From an uncultured Bacteroides sp. (lineage in GTDB: Bacteria > Bacteroidota > Bacteroidia > Bacteroidales > Bacteroidaceae): a DNA stretch of 33,975 nt. This document shows positions 9,240 through 18,791 of the stretch, piece by piece (positions within the stretch are counted from its first letter, which is position 1; each line of letters starts with the position of its first letter). The stretch lies in contig CAZTPB010000002.1 in assembly GCA_964614555.1 (NCBI GenBank), forward strand, positions 1-33,975, written 5' to 3'. A model generated the notes under the pieces. That model did not search any database, was not told where the DNA came from, and was given only the letters and a program-made list of their open reading frames with translations. Position numbers and translations under genes: made by a program.

Positions 9240-10289
9240 ATGGATAAAAAGAAGAGTGCAATATTCATTGTCAACCCCATTTCGGGTACCCAAAGCAAGA
9301 AAGGCGTGGTGCAGAAAATCAAGCGGTATGTGGATGCGGAGAAGTACGATTTCCGGATAGTCCCCACCGAACATGCCGGCCATGCTACCGAGATTGCTGC
9401 TGAGGCTGCCGCATCGGGCATCGATCTGGTGGTGGCTGTGGGGGGCGACGGCACCATCAATGAGACGGCACGCTCGCTGGTGCACACCGGCACGGCACTG
9501 GGCATCATCCCCTGTGGCTCCGGCAACGGACTTGCCCGCCACCTGCACATCCCTATGGATGTGCGGAAAGCTATTGATGTGCTCAACCGTGGAGTGACGG
9601 AGCACATCGACTATGGGAAAGTCAATGGCATCCCCTACTTCTGCACCTGCGGTGTGGGCTTCGATGCCTACATCAGCATGAAGTTTGCCCAAGCAGGCAA
9701 GCGCGGACTGGCCACCTACATCGAAAATACCGTGCAGGCCGGGCTCAGCTACGAGCCGGAGACTTACGAGATTGAGAATGAAGACGGCACCATGTGCTAC
9801 AAGGCCTTCCTTATCACCTGTGCCAACGCCTCGCAATACGGCAACAACTTCTACATTGCCCCCAAGGCTTCGCTCTGCGACGGCCTGATGGACATCACCA
9901 TCATGGAGCCTTTCACTGTGCTCGATGCCCCTGCCCTCTCCTTCCAGATGTTCAACGGGACGATTGACCAAAACAGCAAAATCAAGACTTTCCGCTCCAA
10001 GAAAATCACCATCCACCGCAAGCAGCCCGGAGTGATGCATTACGACGGCGACCCTGTGATGGCTGATGCCACACTCACCGTAGAAATCATCCCGAGCGGA
10101 CTGAAAGTGGTCATCGGCGAACTGGAGGAGAAGGGTGTCCTCACCTTGGGAAATGCCATCATGCAGAACATCATCGATACCTTCAACGACCTGAAACCCC
10201 TCAGCAATGCCTTTGTGGAAGACATTGCCGCACGCAACCGCCGCTTGCTCGTGCTCAACCGCGACTTGTTGCGGAAGTTGCGCAAGTGA
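9240..10289 (+). CDS. Diacylglycerol/sphingosine kinase-family lipid kinase (YegS/BmrU/DAGKc)
   Basis: IVNPISG, TEHAGHA, VGGDGTINE, IPCGSGNGLAR, GVGFDA, YGNN, DGLMD and HYDGD motifs. Confidence 0.9.
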   Translation: MDKKKSAIFIVNPISGTQSKKGVVQKIKRYVDAEKYDFRIVPTEHAGHATEIAAEAAASGIDLVVAVGGDGTINETARSLVHTGTALGIIPCGSGNGLARHLHIPMDVRKAIDVLNRGVTEHIDYGKVNGIPYFCTCGVGFDAYISMKFAQAGKRGLATYIENTVQAGLSYEPETYEIENEDGTMCYKAFLITCANASQYGNNFYIAPKASLCDGLMDITIMEPFTVLDAPALSFQMFNGTIDQNSKIKTFRSKKITIHRKQPGVMHYDGDPVMADATLTVEIIPSGLKVVIGELEEKGVLTLGNAIMQNIIDTFNDLKPLSNAFVEDIAARNRRLLVLNRDLLRKLRK

Positions 10290-10303
10290 TATTATATAGA
10301 ACA

Positions 10304-10362
10304 AGCTCCGCCCGCGTCCCGTGTGTTTGTCCGGTTCGCGGGCTGAGCTGTACATTTATTTT
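10304..10362 (+). terminator. Probable terminator hairpin after the lipid kinase gene
   Basis: Arms AGCTCCGCCCGCG (10304-10316) and CGCGGGCTGAGCT (10337-10349), 12 of 13 paired, 20-nt loop, followed by ATTTATTTTT. Confidence 0.5.
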
Positions 10363-10439
10363 TACATTCTTGTCCTGTAACCTTGCGTTATTTTTCAAAT
10401 CGGATATATAAGTAAAACATTGATATTCAGAGCTTTTGA

Positions 10440-10567
10440 GTTTCTCTATGCTGGAAACGCTTGTTTCCTCCCTTGGAAACTTTGGTTTCCAAGCATGGAA
10501 ACGCCAATTCCCTGACGCGGAAATTGCAGTTTCCAAGGGAGGAAACAAGCGTTTCCGACGGGGAAAC
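10440..10567. repeat. 22-bp-period palindromic repeat element (GGAAAC-N4-GTTTCC-N6) with a perfect 29-bp inverted repeat
   Basis: GGAAAC/T at 10453, 10475, 10497, 10519, 10541, 10562. GTTTCC-like at 10440, 10463, 10485, 10507, 10529, 10551. 10453-10481 is the exact reverse complement of 10528-10556. Confidence 0.9.
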
Positions 10568-10589
10568 AAATTTAGCTAACCCAAACAAC

Positions 10590-11303
10590 TTACTTGTCCA
10601 AATAGAAATCCCTCACCATCCGTTGGAATTCGTTGCTGTATCGGCCCGGCGACTGCTCGATGAGCAGGGTGTCGGGGGTGACTGCTTCAGCAGGCATCTC
10701 TTTGCGGAAGGCCAGCAGGGTGCGCTTGGCTTTGGCTCCCGGCTTGGTGCAGACGAGTGTGTGGCGCGACAGATGGAGCAGATGTGAAGTGGCAGAGGCC
10801 ATCAACGAAGGGACTGCTTCGGTGGGGACTACCAACGAAAACTCTCCGCACGGAGAGAGCAGCGAAGCGGCTTTGCCCATCAGTGTGTCGAAGTCGAGTG
10901 TGTCGGTGTGCCGGGCCGTCCGGCGTTTGGAGTCGGGGCACTTCAACGAACTGACGAAATAGGGCGGATTGGAGAAGATGACATCGTAAGGCTCATCGGC
11001 ATGGAAGGTGCGGATGTCGGTACACACCACGCTGATGCGGTCGCTCCAGGGCGAGCGGCTGATGTTCTCCTGAGCTTGCAATGCGGCATCGGGGTCGAGC
11101 TCTACAGCACTCACCTGCCCTTCGAGGCAACGCTGGGCGGCCATCAGGGCTATCAGTCCGCAACCGGTGCCGATGTCGAGCAGGCGTCGGGCATTGGCTA
11201 CTTGCATCCAACTTCCCAGCAATACGGCATCGGTGCCAACCTTCATGGCACAACGGTCGTGCCACACGGTGAACTGCTTGAAGCGGAAATAGGGATTTGC
11301 CAT
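10590..11303 (-). CDS. tRNA1(Val) (adenine(37)-N6)-methyltransferase (YfiC/TrmN6 family)
   Basis: FRFKQF, MKVGTDAVLLG, SAM motif LDIGTGCG, SNPPYF, ARH. Confidence 0.9.
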   Translation of the reverse strand: MANPYFRFKQFTVWHDRCAMKVGTDAVLLGSWMQVANARRLLDIGTGCGLIALMAAQRCLEGQVSAVELDPDAALQAQENISRSPWSDRISVVCTDIRTFHADEPYDVIFSNPPYFVSSLKCPDSKRRTARHTDTLDFDTLMGKAASLLSPCGEFSLVVPTEAVPSLMASATSHLLHLSRHTLVCTKPGAKAKRTLLAFRKEMPAEAVTPDTLLIEQSPGRYSNEFQRMVRDFYLDK

Positions 11304-11325
11304 GGATGAAAGAGTCTGTGGTCAA

Positions 11326-12840
11326 TTAGAATTGGAAATAGATGAACGGCTGGATGTCACTGCTCTTCACTTGAATGACGATATAGACCACCACCACGAT
11401 GAGCAGAGCTTGTAGTACGAGCGGCATACGGGTGACCTTACGCTCGCACCACTGCTGGCAACTGTCAGGCAGGAAATGGAGCAGGTAGCCGAGCGCCATG
11501 AGGGCGAACACCTCCCAATAGCCTGACACCAGTTGGAGAAACACCTCGGGAGTGAAGTGGTTGAAGATACGGTCTGTCATCGTCCATGATGCCTCGAAGG
11601 TGGCATTGCGGAAGAATATCCAGCAGAAACAGACGAAATGGAAAGTGAGCAACCAGGGAACCAGCCGGCACAGGCGCATGGGCAGCCGTGAGAAGAACTG
11701 GCGCACATCTGCTGCTTCGAAACCTAAGGAGGGAAGCAGTGTGCGGCTCCATAGCTTGTGGATGGCGAGGGCGATGCCGTGGAGGCCGCCCCATACGACG
11801 AAGTTCCACGAAGCGCCGTGCCACAAGCCGCCCAGCAGCATGGTGATGATGAGGTTGGCATAGGTGCGGATTTTGCCCCGGCGGTTGCCGCCCAAAGAGA
11901 TGTATAGGTAGTCGCGCAGCCACGATGAGAGGCTGATGTGCCAACGCCGCCAAAACTCGGTGACGGACAACGACTTGTAGGGAGAGTCGAAGTTGGTCGG
12001 GAAATGAAACCCGAGCAGCAGGGCAAGGCCGATGGCCATGTCGCTGTAGCCGGAGAAGTCGCAATAGATCTGGAGGGCATAGCCATAGACCCCCATGAGG
12101 TTCTCTACACCGCTGTAGAGCGAGGGGTTGTCGAAGATGCGCTCGACGAAATTGACACTGATGTAGTCGGAGATGACGGCTTTCTTGAAGAGGCCGCTGA
12201 CGATGAGGAAGATGCCCCGACCGAACATCTCCGATGTGACGTGCAGCGGGCGGCGTATCTGTGGGATGAAGTCGCGCGCACGCACAATGGGACCTGCCAC
12301 CAGCTGGGGGAAGAAGGAGACGAAGAAAGCATAGTCGAGCAGTCTGTCGAGCGGCTGCAGCTGGCGGCGATAGACATCTATCGTGTAGCTGAGCGACTGG
12401 AAGGTGAAGAAAGAGATGCCTACGGGCAGGAAGATGTCGAGCGGTTGGAAGGAGCCCTGCCACAGGGGGGCCAGCATTTCGTAGAAGAAATTGGTGTACT
12501 TGAAGTAGCAGAGCAGTCCGAGGTTGATGGCAAGGCTCGTCCAGAGCAAGCCCTTGCGTGCAGCGGGCGACTCGGTGCGTGCCATGCGGCGGGCTATCAG
12601 GAAGTCGGTGCAGGTGACGACGGCCAGAAGGAAGAAATAGGTGCCACTGCTCTTGTAGTAGAAATAGTAGGAGAAAAGCACGACAAAAAAGAGGCGTGCC
12701 GTCTCCTTCCGTTGCAACAGGGCATAGACAAGGCTGAACCCCAGGAAGAGGAACAGGAAGAGGCCGCTGCTGAAAATGAGCGGGCTGTCGGCATGATAAG
12801 CCAACAGGTCGGTGAACTTACTCCAGTCTGTCTGCCACAT
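11326..12840 (-). CDS. MBOAT family O-acyltransferase (PatA/AlgI-like)
   Basis: LPVGISFFTFQSLSY, FFPQLVAGPI, DFSGYSDMAIG, FWRRWHISLSSWLRDYLYI, catalytic GLWHGA, and C-terminal PFIYFQF motif. Confidence 0.92.
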   Translation of the reverse strand: MWQTDWSKFTDLLAYHADSPLIFSSGLFLFLFLGFSLVYALLQRKETARLFFVVLFSYYFYYKSSGTYFFLLAVVTCTDFLIARRMARTESPAARKGLLWTSLAINLGLLCYFKYTNFFYEMLAPLWQGSFQPLDIFLPVGISFFTFQSLSYTIDVYRRQLQPLDRLLDYAFFVSFFPQLVAGPIVRARDFIPQIRRPLHVTSEMFGRGIFLIVSGLFKKAVISDYISVNFVERIFDNPSLYSGVENLMGVYGYALQIYCDFSGYSDMAIGLALLLGFHFPTNFDSPYKSLSVTEFWRRWHISLSSWLRDYLYISLGGNRRGKIRTYANLIITMLLGGLWHGASWNFVVWGGLHGIALAIHKLWSRTLLPSLGFEAADVRQFFSRLPMRLCRLVPWLLTFHFVCFCWIFFRNATFEASWTMTDRIFNHFTPEVFLQLVSGYWEVFALMALGYLLHFLPDSCQQWCERKVTRMPLVLQALLIVVVVYIVIQVKSSDIQPFIYFQF

Positions 12841-13786
12841 AGTCGTTGAATGATTTCAGGATGGCTTCGGCCAGCAGGTCGCCCTGCAGCAGGTAGCCTC
12901 CATGGGTATAGTGCACGCGGTCGCGTTGCATGAATTTTCCATTTGTCCAGTTGAGGCAAGCATGCTTTTTTCCGCCTACGATGTTGTACATGTCCCACAA
13001 GGGCAATTGGTGCTCGGCGGCAAAGTGCTGGAGGGTTTCCACTACGCGCGGGGTCAACGCATTGATGACTCTTGGTCCTCTTCTCCGTTGGCGGATATAC
13101 GAGCCGGGAGGTGTGGTGAGCATCACTTCAGCCTGTGGACAGCGGGTGCGCAACCTGTGAAGTATGCTGTCGAGCTGCAACAAATGATCCGATTCATCAT
13201 AGCGTCGCCCGTGGCTTTCGTTTGTGCCGAAGGAGAGGATGATGAGGTCGGGATGCAGGGCGGCAATGGCATCGAGCTTTTCCGTGGGCATGAAGTGTGA
13301 GGTGGTGGCTCCGTTGATGCCCATTGTGTGATAGACAAGCCCGGGACGTCCTGTCTCTACGGCCAATGCTGAAGTACGGTAGGTGACCGAGTCGGGCATG
13401 ACGGCTTCTGCCCCCCATGCTTGCTCGAGCCGATGGCGTGTCTCAATGGTGAAAACATGGCCACGCACGTGGGAATCGCCAAGGTGTACTACCCGCACAG
13501 GTACATCGTTGCGCATCAGACGTTCGAAGAAAGGGTAAAGCTTTTCACCGCGTGTCAGGTGGTTGGGCAGAGTGTCTCTGAATGTGTCGGGCATGGCACT
13601 GCCCACACTGACCGGACGCACCGGGATGTTGCCCCGTGAGGTGTATTCAGGTAATGTACAGGCTCTTTGCTCGGCTTTCATGCGTGGAGGGAGCAGGTCC
13701 TGTGCAGGGGCAAGAACAGCCGTACACACAGTCCAAAGAGCGAGGTATATCCTATTCCGTAGGTTCTTTTTATTCTGCTGATTCAT
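12818..13786 (-). CDS. SGNH/GDSL family periplasmic protein (PatB-like O-acetyltransferase or esterase)
   Basis: Blocks LGDSH, GING, FGTNE, DRVH and an N-terminal signal-like segment. ATG 13786 overlaps the upstream gene by 17 bp; its 3' end overlaps the MBOAT start. Confidence 0.85.
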   Translation of the reverse strand: MNQQNKKNLRNRIYLALWTVCTAVLAPAQDLLPPRMKAEQRACTLPEYTSRGNIPVRPVSVGSAMPDTFRDTLPNHLTRGEKLYPFFERLMRNDVPVRVVHLGDSHVRGHVFTIETRHRLEQAWGAEAVMPDSVTYRTSALAVETGRPGLVYHTMGINGATTSHFMPTEKLDAIAALHPDLIILSFGTNESHGRRYDESDHLLQLDSILHRLRTRCPQAEVMLTTPPGSYIRQRRRGPRVINALTPRVVETLQHFAAEHQLPLWDMYNIVGGKKHACLNWTNGKFMQRDRVHYTHGGYLLQGDLLAEAILKSFNDYVADRLE

Positions 13787-15155
13787 AGCTTTTTCTTTTT
13801 TTATATTGTTCAAATCCGTACACCATTGTCTCGTAGAGGATTTGTGCCAGATGGCAGCCTCCCTTGAAGTTTATGTGGGTGTAGTCGTAGTTGGCCATTT
13901 GGGGCTTGGCTTCCACCAGACGGGGCATACTCCCCTCGCCTCCCATGGCAGTGTACAGATTCCAAAAGGCTACGCGACTCTCGGCAGCAAGGCGTTGCTG
14001 GTAGCGTACCAGGTTCTTCACTCCGGGCATGGTGTGCAGTTCGCCGCTTTCGTCCTTATAGGCGCGGTCTCCCACCCCGATGATGAGGATGCCTGCTTGG
14101 GGAAAACACTCTTTCAAGTGGCTGATGACCTGCTTCATCCCTTGGAGGTAGCCATCGTAGTTCTTCCCCCGCTTGGTGGCTACATTGAGTCCATATTGCA
14201 ACACGATGAGATCGTAGGGACGCACGGCATTGAACTGGCGCAGGTGATGCTTCGGGATGCTCTGCAAAGAGATGCCTCCGCTACCTCTGAGGCTGAAATT
14301 ATCTACACTGATACCTGTCGGAGCATCCATGGCTATTCCGTAGTACAAGGCGTGTGGAGATGAAGGGATGGTCCATCGGATGCGTCCGATGTTGCCTTCC
14401 ACGCGGACGGCTTGCACGGCTGGCGATGGCTTGACGATGTGTTGGCCGGCCTTTTTTCTGTTAATGAGTGTGGTCAATAGCGTGGCAACAGTGTCGGTCT
14501 GCAGGCAAAAGAGAGTGCTCACTCCGCAGGTGTCGAGATGTGTCAGGTAGTCAGGTTTTCCCGACAACTCCACGTAAGCCGTGCCTTGAGGGATAAAGTA
14601 GCGTTGGCTGATGCCCTGTTTGTCGCGGTCGAATCCGGTAGAGTCGGTATATTGGTGACTCTCCCATCCGCTGAACGCATGGCCGACGGTGGGGCGGAAA
14701 CCGTAGGTCTGTGAGGTGATGTCGATGAATCCGGCTCCCTTGCCTCCGAAATGTTCCTGCATCAGTGCGCGGAAGTCGGAGGTGAGGATGTCTCCCTCGA
14801 TAAAGGAATCACCGAAATAGGCTATCCTCACGGGGCGCGGCAGGGTGTCGTGTCCGGCCAATGCTTCATAGAAGGGTGTCATGCCCCGCGCGGTGGAGTC
14901 TGCATAGTCTTCGATACAGGTGATTCCTGTTTTGCAAGTGTCCACAAATTCAGGTTTTTGGATGGGGACAGTGAAAAGCGTGTCCGCAGACAAACTGTCC
15001 TCTTCGGTGGCTTCGTCGGGACGCAAGTCGGCCAGAATGTCTATGCGCCGGAGTTGTTTCTCTCCGATACTGCCGGTCGGGAGATAATACATCCCGAAGA
15101 GTATGAGGACGACACACAATGTCAGCCAAAACGGGCGGTTGTTCAGATTCTTCAT
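13770..15155 (-). CDS. Membrane-anchored SGNH/GDSL family protein (PatB-like)
   Basis: N-terminal TM segment; blocks FGDSF, LRGSGG, YGLN, DYTH. Start codon directly abuts the rel stop. Confidence 0.85.
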   Translation of the reverse strand: MKNLNNRPFWLTLCVVLILFGMYYLPTGSIGEKQLRRIDILADLRPDEATEEDSLSADTLFTVPIQKPEFVDTCKTGITCIEDYADSTARGMTPFYEALAGHDTLPRPVRIAYFGDSFIEGDILTSDFRALMQEHFGGKGAGFIDITSQTYGFRPTVGHAFSGWESHQYTDSTGFDRDKQGISQRYFIPQGTAYVELSGKPDYLTHLDTCGVSTLFCLQTDTVATLLTTLINRKKAGQHIVKPSPAVQAVRVEGNIGRIRWTIPSSPHALYYGIAMDAPTGISVDNFSLRGSGGISLQSIPKHHLRQFNAVRPYDLIVLQYGLNVATKRGKNYDGYLQGMKQVISHLKECFPQAGILIIGVGDRAYKDESGELHTMPGVKNLVRYQQRLAAESRVAFWNLYTAMGGEGSMPRLVEAKPQMANYDYTHINFKGGCHLAQILYETMVYGFEQYKKRKSYESAE

Positions 15156-17423
15156 TTATCGGTCAACGCGTGTGACTGTATTGATTTTTTCTATCTTCTT
15201 GAGGTTGTTGCAGATGGTGGTAACGTCCTCCACATCGTGTACATTGAGCTGTATGTTCCCTTCGAATATGCCGTCGTTCGTCTCGAATGAGAGTCGGTGG
15301 ATATTGACATTCATCTGTCTGGAGATGATTTCGGTGATGGCATTGAGTACGCCTACTCCGTCGATGCCTGTCAGTTTGAGGCTTACGGGGAAGTAGAGAG
15401 TCTTCTTCGTGTTCCATTCGGCTGCCAATATGCGGTTTCCGAAACTGCTTTTCAGGCGTGCGGCCACGGGGCATTGACGCTTGTGGATGATGATGCGGTT
15501 TTTTTCGTCAATGAATCCCAGCACATCATCACCGGGAATCGGGCTGCAGCAGTCGGCAATGACATAATTGTGACGGATGGAGTCTTCTGTCAGTTCCAAA
15601 GGCTTTTTCCGGTCGATTTCTTTGGGATTGACGGTGGGCACCAGTGTGTGGTCTTTCTCTTTTTTCTCCTTCTTGTTGTTGAGTCCGCCAAAGCGGAAGA
15701 GATATTTCTTCCAATTGTTGGGCGAAGAGGTCTTTTCCTTGAGAGCATCGAGGTCAGCATTGCCTAAGATGACCTTTTTGTTTCCGATGGCGGCTAACAA
15801 TTCTTCTCTTGATGCCAACTCATGTATTTTGCACAGTTTCTCTACATTGGTAGTCGAGGCATCCATGTCGGCTTTTTCCAAGAAGGAGTTCAGTATCTCT
15901 TCTCCCTCTTTTTGTGCCGTGCGTTGCTCCTTGCGCAGAATGGCCATGATTTTGGTACGTGCCTTGGCCGTGGTGGCATAGTTGAGCCATGCGTTGGTGA
16001 CGTGTTGGCTCTTGGAGGTGATGATTTCTACCTGGTCGCCACTTTGTAGGGGATGGCTGAGGGGGACCAGCTTGTGGTTTACCTTGGCTCCGATGCAATG
16101 GCTTCCGAGGAAGGTGTGAATGCTGAAGGCGAAATCGAGGGCCGTGCTGTTTTGTGGCATGGTCTTGATTTCACCTTTTGGTGTGAACACAAAAATTTCC
16201 GATGCGAAGAGGTTGAGTTTGATGGTGTCGAGGAAGTCCATGGCGTCCGGCTGCGGGTCATCAAGAATTTCCTTGATGGTGTGCAGCCATTTGTCGAGTT
16301 CGCCTTCGTCTTCGCTTCCTCCTCCTTCCTTGTACTTCCAGTGTGCGGCAAATCCGTGTTCGGCCACATCGTTCATCCGTTCGCTGCGTATTTGCACCTC
16401 TATCCATTCGCCTTGTGCACTCATCAGCGTCACGTGCAAGGCTTGGTAGCCATTGGCTTTCGGGTGGCTCACCCAGTCGCGCAAGCGGTCGGGATGCGAC
16501 TTGTAGAGTTTGCATAGGGATATGTAGATGTCGAAGCATTCATTCAGCTCTTCCTCCTTTTTCAGAGGGGTAAAGATGATTCTTACGGCCAGTATGTCGT
16601 AGATGTCCTCGAAGGCCACATGCTTGTTCTGCATTTTGTTCCAGATGGAGTATGGTGTCTTGATGCGGTCTTCTATGCGGTAAACGAACCCCATTTCGTC
16701 GAGCCGTTGCTTGATGGGGGCAATGAAGTCTTCGAATACATTTCTTCTCTCCAGTTGGGTAGCTTGCAGCTTGTCTGCTATCTCTTTGTAGGTATCAGGG
16801 TGTTCATACTTGAAACTGAGGTCTTCAAGTTCTGTCTTTATCTTGTTCAGCCCTAATCTGTTGGCCAATGGGGCATAGATATATAGGGTTTCTCCAGCTA
16901 TCTTATACTGCTTGTTGGGAAGCATTGATCCCAATGTCCGCATATTGTGCAGACGGTCGGCTATCTTGATGAGTATCACCCGTATGTCTTCCGACATGGT
17001 GAGCAACAGTTTCTTGAAATTTTCTGCTTGGCTTGAAGCACGGTCGCCGAAGATGCCACCGGATATTTTGGTGAGTCCATCGACAATCTGTGCTATTTTA
17101 GGACCGAAGATGTTGGAAATGTCTTCTACCGTGTAGTCGGTGTCTTCCACCACATCGTGCAGTAGCGCCGAGCAGATGGAGGTCGAACCAAGTCCGATTT
17201 CCTGACAGACTATTTGTGCGACAGCTATAGGGTGCATGATGTAGGGCTCGCCTGAACGCCGGCGTACCCCTTTGTGTGCCTGTTTGGCGAAATTGAATGC
17301 TTTAGTGATGAGTTCGACTTTTTTCCGGTGTTTTGAAGCCAGATAGCTTTCTATCAGTGTTTTGAAAGCTTCATTAATCATCACTTCCTCTTCCATTTCT
17401 TTTTTATTATAATCTTCTTCCAT
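15156..17423 (-). CDS. relA: Bifunctional (p)ppGpp synthetase/hydrolase, RelA/SpoT (Rel) family
   Basis: RRSGEPYIMHP, intact HD motif LLHDVVED, KIADRLHNMRT, PKANGYQALH, EVQIR, AAHWKYK, TGS domain (VFTPKG...DFAF), C-terminal CC/ACT region. Confidence 0.95.
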   Translation of the reverse strand: MEEDYNKKEMEEEVMINEAFKTLIESYLASKHRKKVELITKAFNFAKQAHKGVRRRSGEPYIMHPIAVAQIVCQEIGLGSTSICSALLHDVVEDTDYTVEDISNIFGPKIAQIVDGLTKISGGIFGDRASSQAENFKKLLLTMSEDIRVILIKIADRLHNMRTLGSMLPNKQYKIAGETLYIYAPLANRLGLNKIKTELEDLSFKYEHPDTYKEIADKLQATQLERRNVFEDFIAPIKQRLDEMGFVYRIEDRIKTPYSIWNKMQNKHVAFEDIYDILAVRIIFTPLKKEEELNECFDIYISLCKLYKSHPDRLRDWVSHPKANGYQALHVTLMSAQGEWIEVQIRSERMNDVAEHGFAAHWKYKEGGGSEDEGELDKWLHTIKEILDDPQPDAMDFLDTIKLNLFASEIFVFTPKGEIKTMPQNSTALDFAFSIHTFLGSHCIGAKVNHKLVPLSHPLQSGDQVEIITSKSQHVTNAWLNYATTAKARTKIMAILRKEQRTAQKEGEEILNSFLEKADMDASTTNVEKLCKIHELASREELLAAIGNKKVILGNADLDALKEKTSSPNNWKKYLFRFGGLNNKKEKKEKDHTLVPTVNPKEIDRKKPLELTEDSIRHNYVIADCCSPIPGDDVLGFIDEKNRIIIHKRQCPVAARLKSSFGNRILAAEWNTKKTLYFPVSLKLTGIDGVGVLNAITEIISRQMNVNIHRLSFETNDGIFEGNIQLNVHDVEDVTTICNNLKKIEKINTVTRVDR

Positions 17424-17465
17424 AGTGCTTTTGTCTTTTGTGGTGAGGTGCTGCTTGTTCTCCGA

Positions 17466-18746
17466 TTATCGTACGCGAAGTTTCTTCCCAGCTCTGATGT
17501 TGTTGTTCCTTAATCCATTGAGAGATTTTATCTTGTTCACAGTCGTACCATATTTTCTCGCAATGGTTGACAGTGTCTCTCCCTTCCTGATGGTGTGGTA
17601 GGTTGCTTTGCCAGAAGTGGATTTCTTGCCAATGTTCTCTTCTTCCACATTGACGTAGCGACGTTTTTTGAAGAGTTCTTTCTCACGGTGTATGTAGATA
17701 GTGTCTTCCACGTCGATGAATGTGCTGATGGCTTTTTGGGGTAGTCTCAATGTGCAACTGAAACTGTTTCCCGGTATGATGTCCTGTTTGTATTGTGGGT
17801 TGAGTGCACGCAGTTCTTCCATATCTACATCGCACAAATCTGCTATTTGTTGGAAATGCAGGTCGCGGTTGATATGCAGAGTGTCCGTAGCCGCAGGCAG
17901 TTGTGCTTCCATCGGGCAGATGTTGTGTTCGCAGTAGTAGTTCATTATGTAGTTGGCAGCGATAAACGAAGGTACGTATCCTCTTGTCTCCCGTGGCAGG
18001 TAGTTATAGATTTTCCAATAATCGGTAGTCCCATCTGCTCGCCGTATAGCTTTGTTGATGTTTCCAGGTCCGCAGTTGTAAGCGGCTATGACTAGATTCC
18101 AATCTCCATAGATTCCATATAACTCTTTCAGATAGCGTGCGGCCGCATAGGTAGATTTGATGGGGTCTCTTCGTTCGTCAATGAGGCTGTTCGAGCGTAA
18201 ATTGTAGATTTTCCCTGTCTTTAACATAAATTGCCAAAGGCCGGAAGCTCCCGCTCGTGATACGGCTGAGGGGTTGAGTGCTGATTCGATGACGGGCAGG
18301 TATTTCAGTTCGTCGGGCAATCCGTAAGCATCCAATGCCTCTTCGAAGAGTGGAATATAGAAATTGGCCGCTCCGAGCATATACGACACCCGGCTGCGCA
18401 GCTTTTCGGCATAAAGGTCGATGAATTTGCGTACGACATCGTTGTAAGGCATCTCCATTACGGAAGGTATGCGTGCAAGCCGGTCGGCATAGACAGAGTC
18501 ACTGAAACTGGGATTTTCGTTTCTTGTTTCGCAATTCCCGTCAGGCAAGGTGAGCAGATTTTTGGCATGCCAATTGTAGAGGAGTGAATCGAATTCATTG
18601 CTCAAGCCCATTGGAATGTCGAATATTTCATCTTTTCCTGTGCTTACGTTATGTACGATGAGGCTGTCTCCTGTCGTTTCGGCTTGTATGTGAAGGCAGG
18701 CAGTGTTAGTCAGTAGGACAGTTATCAGTGTGATGATTTTTTTCAT
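17466..18746 (-). CDS. mltD: Lytic murein transglycosylase with C-terminal LysM (MltD-like)
   Basis: Signal peptide; SLT motifs IESALNP, AGASGLWQFM, AAYNCG, ETRGYVP; LysM YHTIRKGETLSTIARKYG. Confidence 0.88.
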   Translation of the reverse strand: MKKIITLITVLLTNTACLHIQAETTGDSLIVHNVSTGKDEIFDIPMGLSNEFDSLLYNWHAKNLLTLPDGNCETRNENPSFSDSVYADRLARIPSVMEMPYNDVVRKFIDLYAEKLRSRVSYMLGAANFYIPLFEEALDAYGLPDELKYLPVIESALNPSAVSRAGASGLWQFMLKTGKIYNLRSNSLIDERRDPIKSTYAAARYLKELYGIYGDWNLVIAAYNCGPGNINKAIRRADGTTDYWKIYNYLPRETRGYVPSFIAANYIMNYYCEHNICPMEAQLPAATDTLHINRDLHFQQIADLCDVDMEELRALNPQYKQDIIPGNSFSCTLRLPQKAISTFIDVEDTIYIHREKELFKKRRYVNVEEENIGKKSTSGKATYHTIRKGETLSTIARKYGTTVNKIKSLNGLRNNNIRAGKKLRVR

Positions 18747-18791
18747 TCTATATATATGTTTGGTAAAGTGAAGGGGTTCAATAGGGTTGGT

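Noticed and set aside
10440..10567. Possible mini-CRISPR array (GTTTC...GAAAC resembles CRISPR repeat ends)
   Set aside because: The linkers are only 4-6 nt, there are no ~30-nt unique spacers, and no cas genes are present.
10255..10787. ORFs 10255..10569 (-) and 10461..10787 (+) with FPPLET/ETSVS repeats
   Set aside because: Translation artefacts of the palindromic repeat; they also overlap real genes.
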